Source of the DNA: Candidatus Saccharicenans sp.
GTDB taxonomy: Bacteria; Acidobacteriota; Aminicenantia; Aminicenantales; Saccharicenantaceae
Reading direction: 5' to 3'
Assembly: GCA_024653215.1 (NCBI GenBank)
Contig: JANLFU010000010.1
Coordinates: forward strand, 19,625-83,624
DNA length: 64,000 nt
Part shown: positions 39,297-50,254 of the stretch, one piece after another
How the letters are laid out: every line of letters starts with the position of its first letter
How positions within the stretch are numbered: the first letter of the stretch is position 1
The notes under the pieces: model-generated
The model's input: the letters and a program-made list of their open reading frames with translations, nothing else
Told to the model about the DNA's origin: nothing
Database searches by the model: none
Translations under genes and position numbers: made by a program

Positions 39297-39580
39297 TTAT
39301 TTCCCTCCAGCCTGACCAAAATCATCATACCAGGAATAAAGCCCAAATCTAAAAACTCTGATAAATTTTTCCTGAAAGACAATGGTTAATAATCAGGAGA
39401 ACCATAATTCTGGCTGAATTAAATAAACAACTGCCAGGCCATCTGCATTCGGGTTCCCGAAAAAGAAATTCATCGTGATTCATCATCACTTTATATTTTA
39501 CCCCCTGATTAAAGCGGACGCTTTCGCTTAACAGAAATTTAACTTAAAAAATGATCCGGGGAAGCCCTGAACCTGAAATC

Positions 39581-39838
39581 CTAACCTTGCTCCTCGGGCG
39601 GCAGGTCGCCGGCTTCCTGCTGGTCGCGGCGTTCATCCTTCTTAATCTGAACCACATATTTTTTGGATGGCTCCAGCAACTGCTGGACCTCCAGGCAGGC
39701 ATTGCTCAGGGCGCTGGAACTCGGTTTCTTCCGCCGGTAATAAATCCAGCCCCTTCCCTCCATATAAAGCAGAAGCCGGTCCAGTCCAAGAAGCAATCCG
39801 GCCACCAGCCCGATCCAGAGCAGGGTTTTCAAGTTCAT
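39581..39838 (-). CDS. Small membrane protein, hypothetical.
   Basis: N-terminal TM helix followed by a charged tail. Weak evidence. Confidence 0.3.
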   Translation of the reverse strand: MNLKTLLWIGLVAGLLLGLDRLLLYMEGRGWIYYRRKKPSSSALSNACLEVQQLLEPSKKYVVQIKKDERRDQQEAGDLPPEEQG

Positions 39839-40043
39839 CCTGACCTTTCTCCGGAGATTTTACAATATTTTCTCCCCACCCAACAACATTCTCTGCCGAG
39901 CCCGGTGGACTGTCCAGGACCATCCCTGAACTGAAGTCCCCTGGTTGCAAATTTTTATCCGTTGTTATCTTAGGTCACCTCTCCCCAATTTCAGGTCTTG
40001 AAGTCTGAAAATACCCGTCCTAAAATTATGGTGCAGGAGGTAT

Positions 40044-40553
40044 TTGCCGATGGGGAGGGTTAAACGCGATCTTCCTGCCTCTATCCTTCCGGCCCTGGTT
40101 ATTTTACTTGCGTTGGCTGGAGCGACTGGCTGCAGGAGTCCCTTCTCTCCGATCGACGACCTGGAAAATATCCCGGAAGCTGTTGTGATCGAAGGGACAA
40201 AAATCACCATGAAGGCTTTCCTTTACCGGGATTTCATGCCGGGCGGTGAGCCGGGCGGCTCACCTCTCATGGCTGGAATCGAACTCACCGCTGAAGGGGC
40301 ATCTCGCTTCCCCGATAACGTCGCGGCCGACAGGCTCTGGGTAACCAACAGGACCGATACCTGGGAAACCGGGTTCGAGTCAGAAATAAGGCCCAAGAGT
40401 CCGGGCGAGCCAAACAAGATTGAGGTTGTGGCCCGCGGCGGCCCGAAATGGGAAATCGGCACGAAAGCCGACGTGGTGGTCAGGCTCAGGGTTAACGGGA
40501 AGCTTTCCCTGTTCATCAAGTCGCTTAACAATGAGGTCGGGGCAGTCTATTAG
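40044..40553 (+). CDS. Lipoprotein, hypothetical.
   Basis: Lipobox LALAGATGC. GGAGG RBS. Confidence 0.45.
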   Translation: MPMGRVKRDLPASILPALVILLALAGATGCRSPFSPIDDLENIPEAVVIEGTKITMKAFLYRDFMPGGEPGGSPLMAGIELTAEGASRFPDNVAADRLWVTNRTDTWETGFESEIRPKSPGEPNKIEVVARGGPKWEIGTKADVVVRLRVNGKLSLFIKSLNNEVGAVY

Positions 40554-40692
40554 CTTTAGCCGGGCAGAATAAACAGAAGCCTGGTCGGCGTCGTTATGAT
40601 AGAGGTGAAAAAATTCAACTAAAAAACCTCGCAGCTCAAAGCTAATTTAATTTGGCGATGTTGCCTCATATCATATAAAGGGGGTAAAAGGC

Positions 40693-41730
40693 ATGGCCCA
40701 TAAATTTATATCCAGGAGCTGCTCTTCTGTTGATAAGGGCAGGTTATCCAGCCGGTTTCCGGGCTGGCCCGGTCTCATAACGACTCTAATGTTTCTTTTA
40801 TTCCTCCTGACCCTGACCGCGGGCCCGACTCCTCCCGCCGCCGCTGGCCAGAATGTTCGGTTGAAATTCATACCGGAGCTGACCATCGGCCAGGAAAGCG
40901 GCGACGAAAACTTTATGTTTGGCCACATAAGCTACATTGATGTCGATCCAGATGGAAACATTTACGTCACTGACAGCAAGAACCGCCAGGTGAGGATATT
41001 CGACCGTGACGGCCGCTTCATAAGAAAGATTATCGTCCCCGAGGGGCAGGGGCCTCAAGAACTTAACCAGATAAGCGGTATTGCCGTCACCCCGTCTGGC
41101 CTTCTTTTCATCAACGGCGACCGCAAAATGATAGTCTACGACGGGCAGGGAAATTACCTGCGCACCTTCAAGGTCGATTTCCATGTAAGCTGCATCAGGT
41201 CAGCCGGCTCGGAAGAGGTCATCGGCATCGGGCCGCATGAGGAAAAGATATTACATGTCTTTGACTCCGAAGGCCGGCTGCTTTCCTCCTTCGGGGAAGT
41301 CTTCGAGGTGCCAAAGGATTTCGAGCCGATGAAGATGATGCCCATGTTCGGGGCACCGCTCCTGTTCTCAGCTTCCAAGGACGGCCGGGTTTTCGTCCTG
41401 AATCCTCACCGTTACCAGGTTCTGGTTTTCAGGAACAAGAAGCTTGAAGCCACCGTGGCCGGTTCCAGTGAACTCTACGAGCCACTTGCCAGGATGGGCC
41501 GGGGATTTGTCTCCACCGCGGCCATTATACTTCCGGCCGGGAAGTCCCTGCTCGTTTACTTTGAATACTTTAAGAACCAGGAGCGTGTGGCTGACCTCTT
41601 TCTTGGGGAGAAACAGGTCGGCAGCCTTAAACTTCCGGGAGAGCTTAAAGCCATCGATTACCAGGGCAAGCTGTATATGGTTATCCCGGGTGAATTTCCC
41701 AGGGTAACCCGTTATTCTGTCAGCGAATAA
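40693..41730 (+). CDS. NHL-repeat / six-bladed beta-propeller secreted protein.
   Basis: Signal. Repeated YVTDSKNRQVRIFDRDGRF-type NHL units. Confidence 0.55.
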   Translation: MAHKFISRSCSSVDKGRLSSRFPGWPGLITTLMFLLFLLTLTAGPTPPAAAGQNVRLKFIPELTIGQESGDENFMFGHISYIDVDPDGNIYVTDSKNRQVRIFDRDGRFIRKIIVPEGQGPQELNQISGIAVTPSGLLFINGDRKMIVYDGQGNYLRTFKVDFHVSCIRSAGSEEVIGIGPHEEKILHVFDSEGRLLSSFGEVFEVPKDFEPMKMMPMFGAPLLFSASKDGRVFVLNPHRYQVLVFRNKKLEATVAGSSELYEPLARMGRGFVSTAAIILPAGKSLLVYFEYFKNQERVADLFLGEKQVGSLKLPGELKAIDYQGKLYMVIPGEFPRVTRYSVSE

Positions 41731-41871
41731 CGGGGAAAATTTGCCTGGGTGGAATACAATGAGCCGGCCGGCCAGTACGAACTTCATGTTTATTGATAGC
41801 AATGATTCTCTTGAAGATATAATTTGATTCACAGGTAGAAAATTGGGGAATGAGTATTGTGTCCCCCGTTC

Positions 41872-44800
41872 TCACTGCTTATAAATGATTATGGGGCCGA
41901 GAAGGCCGGAAGGAAGCAGCGGGTCGCCCTGCCTGTAAAAACGGTGGGTGGTAAAAGTATAGCGCCTGGTCGGGCGGGGTTCACCTTTTAACAGCCACTC
42001 GGGCCATTTGCCGTCGGCCACTCCATCCCAGGGTTCATTCTCATCGCCGATAAGTCGGTTAACCCAGAGGTTGGCCACTTCAATTTCCAGGAGATTATTT
42101 TTCTTTTTAAGCCCGCCTTTAAGGAGAACCCGGGGCGGGGCCGTCCAGACTATACCCAGCTCTTTTCCATTCAGTTTCACGCGCGCCAGGCAGCGCACTT
42201 CACCCAGGTCAAGGTAAAGCCGGTCCTTCCGGGAAATTTCCGCACCTGCCGGCAAATCGAAGTCTATGCTATATACCGCGGTCCCCGAATAATACCTGAT
42301 ACCCTCGGTCGGGTGTTTCGTCCAGTCAAGCAATTTTTCAAAAATTACTTCCCTTGGGCCTCCCCATTTCGGGTCAAACCAGACTTTCCAGGGACCTGCG
42401 ATTTCCATCAGAGTCCGCGTTTCAGGAAAATTTCTGGATAAGGATTCCAAATTTTTGATGCCCGCTACTTTTCCTTCTAATTTTTTATATTCAAAATTTT
42501 TCTTTACTGGCTCATCCGGTTCACGTTCATTTCTTAATCCGATTTTATTTTCTAACCTGGATTTATTGTCTGATTCAGGGTTAACTCGAGGTTCAACCCC
42601 CTGCTTCCCTTTCTCAAAAACCACAAAGAAGCTCTGGTACGGTTCAAGCCTCACTCCGAGTTCAACGCCGGCCGGCCCGGCTTTCACTCCCTCAAGCTTC
42701 CGGATTTCTCCGGTCGCCGGGTCCCAGAGCTCGGCCCGCAAGGAACCATCTCTGAACCGGCAGACATCTTCCACCCGTTCGCCAGCGCGGTTCGAAATAA
42801 AATAGATTTCGCGCCCATCTTCAGTTAGAGACCGGTGAGTGTAGCGAATTTTCCCGGTGCTGCAGGTAAAATCGGGCTCGACACCCATCTTTTCGAGCAC
42901 CGCCACCGTGTCTTCATAATCAGGATAAAGCCGGGCCTCAAGCGGGCTGGAATCACTTCTCACCGGCGCCGGACTCAGGTTACCGCCCCAGAATATTTTT
43001 CCCTTTCCATAATCGCGCCCGGTGGAATCTTTCGGCCGCTCCAGGCTTCCCCAGACCTTTTCGGCTGCTTCCTTAACCAGCCGGTCGCAGTCGGGATAAT
43101 TTTCCAGGGAAGGCGACCTCCAGGGTGGACTGCCGATGACCACCGCTCCCTCCCTTACCAGCTCTTCAATCCTAGCCAGGAGCTCGGGCGTCATGGTTTC
43201 CAGGGCAGGAAGAATCAGAAGCCGGTAGGAAGCTCCTCCCGGAAAAACTATTCTCCCATCTTTGACCTTAGCCAGCTTCATCAGCGCCGTCGGAGAACAA
43301 CCATCAAAAGCGTAACCGCGCTTGTCAGGAAGGAATTCTGTACCGTCAGTGGCCCCGCCTGCCGGCCTGAAAACCTGCGGCGCCCCTTCAGGCGTCAGGT
43401 ACAAAATATCAGCCACCGGCTTCCCCTGGCTCAGGAGAAACTGGCACCTGGCAATGTATTCATGATACGGCCTGACCATCGACCACCAGGTCTGGCCGCG
43501 GTCCCAGTGCACACCGTAGGGCCCCATGGTCATTCCCGGCTTAAGCTCATCGTCGAGTGGATTATGGACAAAGGTATGAAAAATCAGCCGGTTCAATCCC
43601 TGGCAGAAAGCCCAGTCAGTCTGGTTTTTCATGTTAACGGGGTATTTCTTCCAGGCTTCCTGGGGCATAGCCGTAAATGATTCGGCCGCAATCACCGGCC
43701 GTCCCATCACATGTCCGATGGAAGTGGCTTCAATAACGCTGAAGGCCGAATTAAAACCGTAGCCGTCGCTCCAGAACTCACCCATGGGCACATCGGCCAC
43801 GGCTCCCAGGTCGAAATCAGCCGCCGGGTTCATATCGTAGGGCTCGATTGAAAGGGTAAACCCGTATCTCCGACCGAGCTCCTTGAATTTCTCGGCATGA
43901 TTTTCCACAATGAGTTCGCTCGAGGTACGTCTCAGGTCCCAGAGAAAACGCTCGCTTTCTTCCAGGCTGCCAACAATTCGGCCAGCATAAACTGGATAAA
44001 AGGGCAAAGGATCATAGCCACGACGGCGCTTGAATTCTTCCCGGAAATTCTGCGAGAAGTTCTGGGCCCCCATTTCCCAGCTGTCGATGTGGATCATGAC
44101 CCAGCCACCGCCGGCTGGTGTCTTCTGCGGCCTGGCCCGGTTGATGAGCTTTCCCGCGTAGGCTTCAAAATGGGCCTCAAAGGCTTCACGGCTGAACTTG
44201 TCGCACTCAAATCCCAGCCCCGGCACCGGAGCCGGCCTGGTCACCGCACCGTTATTCCTGGCGACAAACCGCATTACCGTCCAGCGCCCGGGCGGCACTT
44301 CCCAGGCCAGGCTGCCGTCGGGCTGCAGGCGCTCGGTCAGGTTCACAATACGGTCAGGAGATATGGCGGCTTTCATCAGTTCCCGTTTCTTGTTCCCGCA
44401 GTTATCAATTGCTTCCACACCAAACGGCGGCGGAAGATAAGGCCAGACACCTGGTTGCGAGGTATAAGGCGCGCGGTAATAGAGAGCCTTCTCATCTATC
44501 AACGAAATTCTTGCCTCAGCTTCAGGCGCCGGAAAAGCCAGCACGGCCACATCCCGGTACCATTCATCGCGGAGTTTTTCCAGTTCCGGGGTCAGGCTTC
44601 CCTCGCCGAAAAAGGGTTTTTTAGGTTCGGGCAGGGGCAGCTTCAAATTCTTGGCGCCCGGGCCACTGACTGTAACTTCGGAAGCTACCAGGTGCTGCAT
44701 CGATTGTTCTGGCCGGACCCAGGGCCCGCCGCTTCCGGCCCAGCCCGGACCGGAACCGAGGATGAGCCTTATTCCCAGCCTCTCCGCTTCCCTGACCGCG

Positions 44801-45174
44801 TGGGTGAAAAGCTCCTGCCACTCCTTGCTCAGGAAATCAACCTTTCCCCTCGGCACACCCACGTTGACTTCCAGGAAAAGGGCCCACCTGATACCGGCTC
44901 TTTTCATGGCCTCGAGATCCGCCGTCATTTTCTCCTGGCTCAGATTGCCATCCATGAAGTACCAGTAAACGCCCGGCCAGAAGTCATCGGGTGGCGAGGT
45001 GAACCCCTTTTTCAGGGCAGATTCTTTTGAAGGCAGGCAGCCCTGGTGGAACAGAGAAAGAGCCGCTATTACAATGATAAATAAAGAGAACGATACCGAC
45101 CCGGCCACACTTAGAGCAGGCCTGGTAGCTTTTGTGTTTTTATCAAGCATATTAAACCTTGAACCCTCAGACAA
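41872..45174 (-). CDS. Large secreted glycoside hydrolase, possibly GH106-like alpha-L-rhamnosidase, with a C-terminal carbohydrate-binding/beta-sandwich region.
   Basis: Signal. N-terminal FWPGVYWYFMDGN...LEAMKRAGI block and a TIM-barrel-like HIDSWEMG segment. The 1100-aa size and N-terminal pattern recall GH106. The family call is tentative. Confidence 0.5.
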   Translation of the reverse strand: MSEGSRFNMLDKNTKATRPALSVAGSVSFSLFIIVIAALSLFHQGCLPSKESALKKGFTSPPDDFWPGVYWYFMDGNLSQEKMTADLEAMKRAGIRWALFLEVNVGVPRGKVDFLSKEWQELFTHAVREAERLGIRLILGSGPGWAGSGGPWVRPEQSMQHLVASEVTVSGPGAKNLKLPLPEPKKPFFGEGSLTPELEKLRDEWYRDVAVLAFPAPEAEARISLIDEKALYYRAPYTSQPGVWPYLPPPFGVEAIDNCGNKKRELMKAAISPDRIVNLTERLQPDGSLAWEVPPGRWTVMRFVARNNGAVTRPAPVPGLGFECDKFSREAFEAHFEAYAGKLINRARPQKTPAGGGWVMIHIDSWEMGAQNFSQNFREEFKRRRGYDPLPFYPVYAGRIVGSLEESERFLWDLRRTSSELIVENHAEKFKELGRRYGFTLSIEPYDMNPAADFDLGAVADVPMGEFWSDGYGFNSAFSVIEATSIGHVMGRPVIAAESFTAMPQEAWKKYPVNMKNQTDWAFCQGLNRLIFHTFVHNPLDDELKPGMTMGPYGVHWDRGQTWWSMVRPYHEYIARCQFLLSQGKPVADILYLTPEGAPQVFRPAGGATDGTEFLPDKRGYAFDGCSPTALMKLAKVKDGRIVFPGGASYRLLILPALETMTPELLARIEELVREGAVVIGSPPWRSPSLENYPDCDRLVKEAAEKVWGSLERPKDSTGRDYGKGKIFWGGNLSPAPVRSDSSPLEARLYPDYEDTVAVLEKMGVEPDFTCSTGKIRYTHRSLTEDGREIYFISNRAGERVEDVCRFRDGSLRAELWDPATGEIRKLEGVKAGPAGVELGVRLEPYQSFFVVFEKGKQGVEPRVNPESDNKSRLENKIGLRNEREPDEPVKKNFEYKKLEGKVAGIKNLESLSRNFPETRTLMEIAGPWKVWFDPKWGGPREVIFEKLLDWTKHPTEGIRYYSGTAVYSIDFDLPAGAEISRKDRLYLDLGEVRCLARVKLNGKELGIVWTAPPRVLLKGGLKKKNNLLEIEVANLWVNRLIGDENEPWDGVADGKWPEWLLKGEPRPTRRYTFTTHRFYRQGDPLLPSGLLGPIIIYKQ

Positions 45175-45557
45175 AATTTAAGAACCCGACCCGACCAGAA
45201 TAAAACTCCGGCAGAAATGGTGTCAAGAAATTCCTCACTGAGAAACCAACTTAAAAGAGTTCCCTGGTTTGACAGCCGCGGAAGGCAAAACTTATAATCC
45301 GGCCGTAAGGCCTGAGGACCAGAGGAAAATGCGCTCCAGGTACGCCCCTGTTCTGTTCCTTAACCTGAAATGTTCAAAAAGGTGCCAGCCACATACTCCT
45401 GGTTTCCGGCTGGAACACCTGGACTCAATTTACAGCCTGTCTGAAAACATTGCGCAAATAAAAAGCGATGACTTATGGGCCGGAAAACGTTAATTTATTT
45501 AACTTGCGGGCGACAGGAAAAGCCCGGCGCTGAAAATGGCAGTAAAGGGAGGCAAGA

Positions 45558-47120
45558 ATGACGTCCAGAACCAAAATCCATAGTGGGTTCTTATCATCAT
45601 TAATTTTAACGTCCACATTCATTTTTCTGATTTCAGGTCTGGCCCTGGCTGGCAACACGGGAGCGCCGAATGTTCAGGCCGCCAAAGGCGAACTCAATCC
45701 AGCGTCGGTGAAAATTGGCCTGTTCGGCATCGGGCTTAACACCTACTGGGGACAGTTTGCCGGCCTGCGCGACCGGCTGGAGGGCTATCTCAAGACCATA
45801 GAAACCAGGCTGTCTTCGGGCCAGGGTTGCCAGGTCATCTCCGCCGGCCTGGTGGACTCCGTGGATAAGGCCAGGGAAGCAGCCAGCCTGTTCAAGGCTC
45901 GTGAGGTGCGAATCATTTTTCTCTATGTCTCCACCTATGCCCTGTCCTCAACCGTTCTGCCGGTCGTTCAGGAAGTTAAGGTTCCGGTCATCGTCCTCAA
46001 CCTGCAGCCCGCACCTGCCATCGATTACAGGTGGTTTAACTCCCTCGGCGACCGGGGCAAGATGACCGGCGAATGGCTGGCCTTCTGCCAGGCCTGCTCG
46101 GTCCCGGAAATAGCCAACGTCTTCAGCCGGGCCGGAATTGACTTTCACCTGGTAACCGGAACTCTCGATGATCCCGAAGCCTGGAAAGAAATCGGGGAAT
46201 GGGTGGAAGCCGCCCGCGTGGCTGAAATCCTGGGCCGAACCACCCTCGGCATTCTCGGGCATTATTACAGCGGTATGCTCGACGTCTATTCTGACCCGAC
46301 CCAGCTGGCAGCCAGCCTTGGACTTCATATCGAATTCCTGGAAATGGCTGAACTAAAAGTCCTCAGGCAGAAAGTAACCAGGAAAGAAATCGAGGCCAAA
46401 ATCAAGGAAATGCAGGCCACCTTCAAAATTCTGCCGGAATGTTCCCCGGCAGAAATTGAACGGGCGGCCAGGACCGCCTGCGCCCTGGATCGCCTGGTAG
46501 CCGAAAAGAACCTGGGCTGCGTGGCTTACTATTATGAAGGAACTCCCGGAAGCGAAGAAGAAGACATCGTTACTTCCATGATTGCCGGGAACTCCCTTCT
46601 GACCGCCCGGCACGTGCCCATGGCCGGGGAAGGCGAGCTCAAGAATGCCGTGGCCATGAAAATTATGGATGCCTTCGGCGCCGGCGGCTCCTTCACCGAG
46701 TTCTACGCCATGGACTTTAACGAGGGCGTGGTGCTCATGGGCCACGATGGCCCGGGCCACGTTGGCATAGCCGAAGGCCAGCCGCTGCTCAAGCCGCTCG
46801 GCGTTTTCCACGGCAAGCCGGGTCGAGGCCTGAGCATTGAAATGAAGGTAAAAAACGGGCCGGTGACCCTGCTGTCGGTGGTGCAGACCAGGAACGGGGA
46901 ACTCAAGCTGCTGGTGGCCGAAGGCGAATCGGTTCCCGGACCCATCCTGGAAATCGGCAATACCAACAGCCGCTACAAGTTCCCGCTGGGCGTAAAGGGT
47001 TTCATAGAAGCCTGGAGCAAAGAAGGCCCGGCCCATCACTGCGCTGTTGGCCTCGGCCATATTGCCTCAAAGATTCAGAAACTGGCCGCCATAATGGGCC
47101 TGAAATTCGTCAGGGTCTGA
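45558..47120 (+). CDS. L-arabinose/L-fucose isomerase-family sugar isomerase. The start is uncertain; the annotated N-terminus is signal-peptide-like.
   Basis: C-terminal domain motifs of the AraA/FucI family (MGHDGPGHVG..., HHCAVGLGH). 520 aa. Confidence 0.5.
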   Translation: MTSRTKIHSGFLSSLILTSTFIFLISGLALAGNTGAPNVQAAKGELNPASVKIGLFGIGLNTYWGQFAGLRDRLEGYLKTIETRLSSGQGCQVISAGLVDSVDKAREAASLFKAREVRIIFLYVSTYALSSTVLPVVQEVKVPVIVLNLQPAPAIDYRWFNSLGDRGKMTGEWLAFCQACSVPEIANVFSRAGIDFHLVTGTLDDPEAWKEIGEWVEAARVAEILGRTTLGILGHYYSGMLDVYSDPTQLAASLGLHIEFLEMAELKVLRQKVTRKEIEAKIKEMQATFKILPECSPAEIERAARTACALDRLVAEKNLGCVAYYYEGTPGSEEEDIVTSMIAGNSLLTARHVPMAGEGELKNAVAMKIMDAFGAGGSFTEFYAMDFNEGVVLMGHDGPGHVGIAEGQPLLKPLGVFHGKPGRGLSIEMKVKNGPVTLLSVVQTRNGELKLLVAEGESVPGPILEIGNTNSRYKFPLGVKGFIEAWSKEGPAHHCAVGLGHIASKIQKLAAIMGLKFVRV

Positions 47121-47364
47121 ACGGGGAGCGGTAATTACAGCCTGTTGATTATCTACAACTCATTCAGGAAAAGACGGCTAATTTTTTAACATTCTGAACC
47201 AATAAGGGCTGAAATCGACGAGGCTATTTCTAACCCTGCAATGGACTTGACTTTTGCCATTTAAGAAGTTGATAAAGAATAAATTAAACCCATCCCCGAA
47301 CATATAAAAATCTACTTGACACCCCCGTCGGAAATCATAATCATATTAATCAAGGAGGGCCAAA

Positions 47365-48996
47365 ATGTTTACCAGGGTTAAAGGGAGTATTCTTTTCTTT
47401 TTTCTGGCGGGGCTGGCTGTTTCGCTGCTGGTTTTCTTCGCGCCGGCAGCCGGCCAGGAGCGCCTGGTAGCAAAAAAATCCACGCTCCGGACCAATTCCC
47501 TGCTATTTGTCCCGAAAACGACACTGCTGGCCGTGGGCGACAGCCTGACCCAGGGTACCAGGGACGCCACTAACAACCAGTACCATCTGCAGAATGCTTA
47601 CCTGCAGAAGGTGGCCAATAAGCTGAGCCTGGTTCTGCCGTTGAAATTCAGCCAGGCTTGGCTCGATGTCAACGGCACCCGGCTTAACCCCCTGACCGTT
47701 CCCAGCAACCTCGGCGTCGACGGAGAGGACATCTTTTCGGTGGAAGGCTACGAATACTACAAGCGGGCCGGTACCAGTTCAAATTATATCTCATCAGATT
47801 ACCTCTGCGACCGGCTTCAGCCCTACCTTTTCACCGACATGCACGACAGGGTGCTCTACCCGATTAACATCCTGGCCGGAAAGCCGGTCAGCCAGATCGA
47901 TGCCCTGATCTGGCACCTGAACAATCGGACCGGACCAGCCATTGTCATTTTCTGGGTGGGAAACAACGATGCCGCTCTGTCGACGCTGGGCCTCGGGGGG
48001 CAGAACCCGCAGTACCTGCCCATTCCGTTTGACCAGATCAAGGACAGGCTGAAACCGGTAGTAAGTTACCTTCTGAACTACGGGCTAAGCCAGGGAGCCA
48101 TTGCTTTTGAGCCATACACCCCGGCCCAGATCGGCCACAACCTGACCGATATTGCCGATTTCCAGGCCCAGCTCAGCCGGCTGGTCACCAGGATTAACCT
48201 CAACCGCTCCGGGGTCAAGTATTTCTTCCTGACCTATCCTTACTACCCAGAAATCGGCTACCTCATGGGCAAAGAGGACCTGGAATTCTATTTGACCAAC
48301 AAGCTGGGCTATGCTGTCCCCGACGGCTTTACAGGCCGGATTCCGCTTCTAACCTTCCTCTGCCTCTATGAGCTAGCCAGGGAAGGCGAGTTTGGCCGGA
48401 TTGGTACCGTTCTGGCCAACGACCGGCTGGTCATGAGCCCGGATGAAGCCTTGATTATCAAAAACCGCATTGACCTGTTCAACGCCGCCGTCAAGTCGCT
48501 GAGCGGCCGGCCAAATTCTTACATTGTGGATATTGGTGACAGGCTCAACCAGACCTTCTCCACCGGCCTGCCGGTTGGCAGCTATACTCTGACCCGGAAC
48601 TGGGGGCGCGGTGGCTCTTTTTCCCTGGACGGCGTGCACGCCGGGCATACTGTCCATGCTCATATTGCCAATATTGTTCTTGAGGCCATAAACAATGCCA
48701 CCGGCCTGAACGCTCCGCTCTGGGACCTGGCCTCGGTCCTGCCTTCTGACCCCTATTTTGATTTCGACGGCGACGGCTGGGTGCCCGGGCCGAACCTGGC
48801 GGCTTCGGGCCGGACCAAAATCCTCTACCTGTTCAAGGACTACCAGGAAGGCGTTTACGGCCCGGCAGTAATTGACACCATGACCCCTGCTGACGTCTGG
48901 TCGCTTATCTCCGATGCCCTGCTGGAAGAGATTCTCGGTATTTCCTTGATCAGGGCTGAAGCTGAAAGAATTGGCGTGGTTCAGCTTAAAAAATAA
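47365..48996 (+). CDS. Secreted SGNH/GDSL-family hydrolase (esterase).
   Basis: Signal. LLAVGDSLTQG is the GDSL block I. FWVGNND is block III. DGVHAGH is block V. Confidence 0.65.
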   Translation: MFTRVKGSILFFFLAGLAVSLLVFFAPAAGQERLVAKKSTLRTNSLLFVPKTTLLAVGDSLTQGTRDATNNQYHLQNAYLQKVANKLSLVLPLKFSQAWLDVNGTRLNPLTVPSNLGVDGEDIFSVEGYEYYKRAGTSSNYISSDYLCDRLQPYLFTDMHDRVLYPINILAGKPVSQIDALIWHLNNRTGPAIVIFWVGNNDAALSTLGLGGQNPQYLPIPFDQIKDRLKPVVSYLLNYGLSQGAIAFEPYTPAQIGHNLTDIADFQAQLSRLVTRINLNRSGVKYFFLTYPYYPEIGYLMGKEDLEFYLTNKLGYAVPDGFTGRIPLLTFLCLYELAREGEFGRIGTVLANDRLVMSPDEALIIKNRIDLFNAAVKSLSGRPNSYIVDIGDRLNQTFSTGLPVGSYTLTRNWGRGGSFSLDGVHAGHTVHAHIANIVLEAINNATGLNAPLWDLASVLPSDPYFDFDGDGWVPGPNLAASGRTKILYLFKDYQEGVYGPAVIDTMTPADVWSLISDALLEEILGISLIRAEAERIGVVQLKK

Positions 48997-49414
48997 TTGC
49001 CGGTATCGAGAACGGAATTTCCTGTAAAACGGAGCCATCTCAATTGTCCAGAGAGGACCTTCTCATTGCCGGCTGAAGAGCTTGCAGGGAAAACACTTAT
49101 AATCAAAGGAGTGATTTCTTTTGCCTTGAAAGGGAAAACATCGATAACTTCTTGGTCATGATGAGAATCACCCTGCGGGATAAAAGGCGATCAAGTTACC
49201 TAAGGTTGGAGATATTTGTGGCAGGATAGCCAGGAAGGGACAGAATTTCATTCGCAAATAAAGCCTGGAAAATAAGCGGGAAAACCGGAGCAGAGTTCTT
49301 CTGGTGCCTGATGTCCGGATTTGCCGGTCGCCGGCTCGACGCTGGAATAAGAACTGGAAATAAATAAAATAGTTATAAAAACCCTGATATTTCCTGGCAG
49401 GAAGGGAGAAACAA

Positions 49415-50254
49415 ATGGAAGAAAATCAGGCCTTTCTCAGGGGGCAAAGACCCGAAATCAGGAAGCGAACAGCCGGCAACTGGCTGGCCTGGCTCAACCT
49501 GGTCGGCTTCCTGGGCATGATTGTGGTCAACTACCTGGCCAATGCCCTGCCCATCAACAACCTGAACACCGGACAGCTTTCCGATAAGTACCCCAACCTT
49601 TTCGTCCCGGCCGGCTTTACCTTTTCCATCTGGGGAGTTATCTACCTGCTCCTAGCTGTCTTTGTCTTCTTCTCGCTTAAGCAGGCCATAACGGGGCGCG
49701 AGGTTTTCCCGGCTTTTAAGGCCATCGGGCTGCTATTTTTCCTGACCTGCCTGGCCAACGCCGGCTGGATTTTCGCCTGGCACTATGAACAGCTTCTTCT
49801 TTCGCTCCTGGTAATGTTGACCCTGCTGGTGCTGCTGGTAATAATTTACCAGCGACTGAGCCGTCGCCCCTACGAAGAAAAGCAGCACGACCGCTTCCCG
49901 GCCCGGCTGCCCTTCAGCATCTACCTGGCCTGGATATCAGTTGCCACCGTGGCCAACACCACCGCCGTCCTGGTTGGCTTCAAATGGAACCGTTTTGGCC
50001 TCAGCGAGCAGTTCTGGACCATCGTCGTCCTGGCTCTGATCACGGTCCTGACCCTGGTTTTCATGCTCAAGAAAAAAGACCTCCTGTTCGGGCTGACGGC
50101 CATCTGGGCCCTTTCCGGGATTCTCTACAAGAGGGTCCAGGATACCGCGGCCGCCGACCGGGCCGTAGAAACGGCAATTGTCGCCGCCCTGTTCATCATC
50201 CTGCTGGCCCTGATCCTTATGGTTGTTGTCCGTCCGGCCGGAAAAGCTGCTTAG
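49415..50254 (+). CDS. Integral membrane protein (about 7 TM helices), hypothetical.
   Basis: Hydrophobicity pattern only. Trp-rich helices. No confident family. Confidence 0.4.
   Translation: MEENQAFLRGQRPEIRKRTAGNWLAWLNLVGFLGMIVVNYLANALPINNLNTGQLSDKYPNLFVPAGFTFSIWGVIYLLLAVFVFFSLKQAITGREVFPAFKAIGLLFFLTCLANAGWIFAWHYEQLLLSLLVMLTLLVLLVIIYQRLSRRPYEEKQHDRFPARLPFSIYLAWISVATVANTTAVLVGFKWNRFGLSEQFWTIVVLALITVLTLVFMLKKKDLLFGLTAIWALSGILYKRVQDTAAADRAVETAIVAALFIILLALILMVVVRPAGKAA

Noticed and set aside
39551-39950. Three overlapping small ORFs (127, 85 and 102 aa) on both strands in the 39.3-40.0 kb spacer
   Set aside because: Only the 85-aa minus-strand ORF has a plausible TM helix, and it is kept at low confidence. 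The others overlap it and look like frame artefacts.
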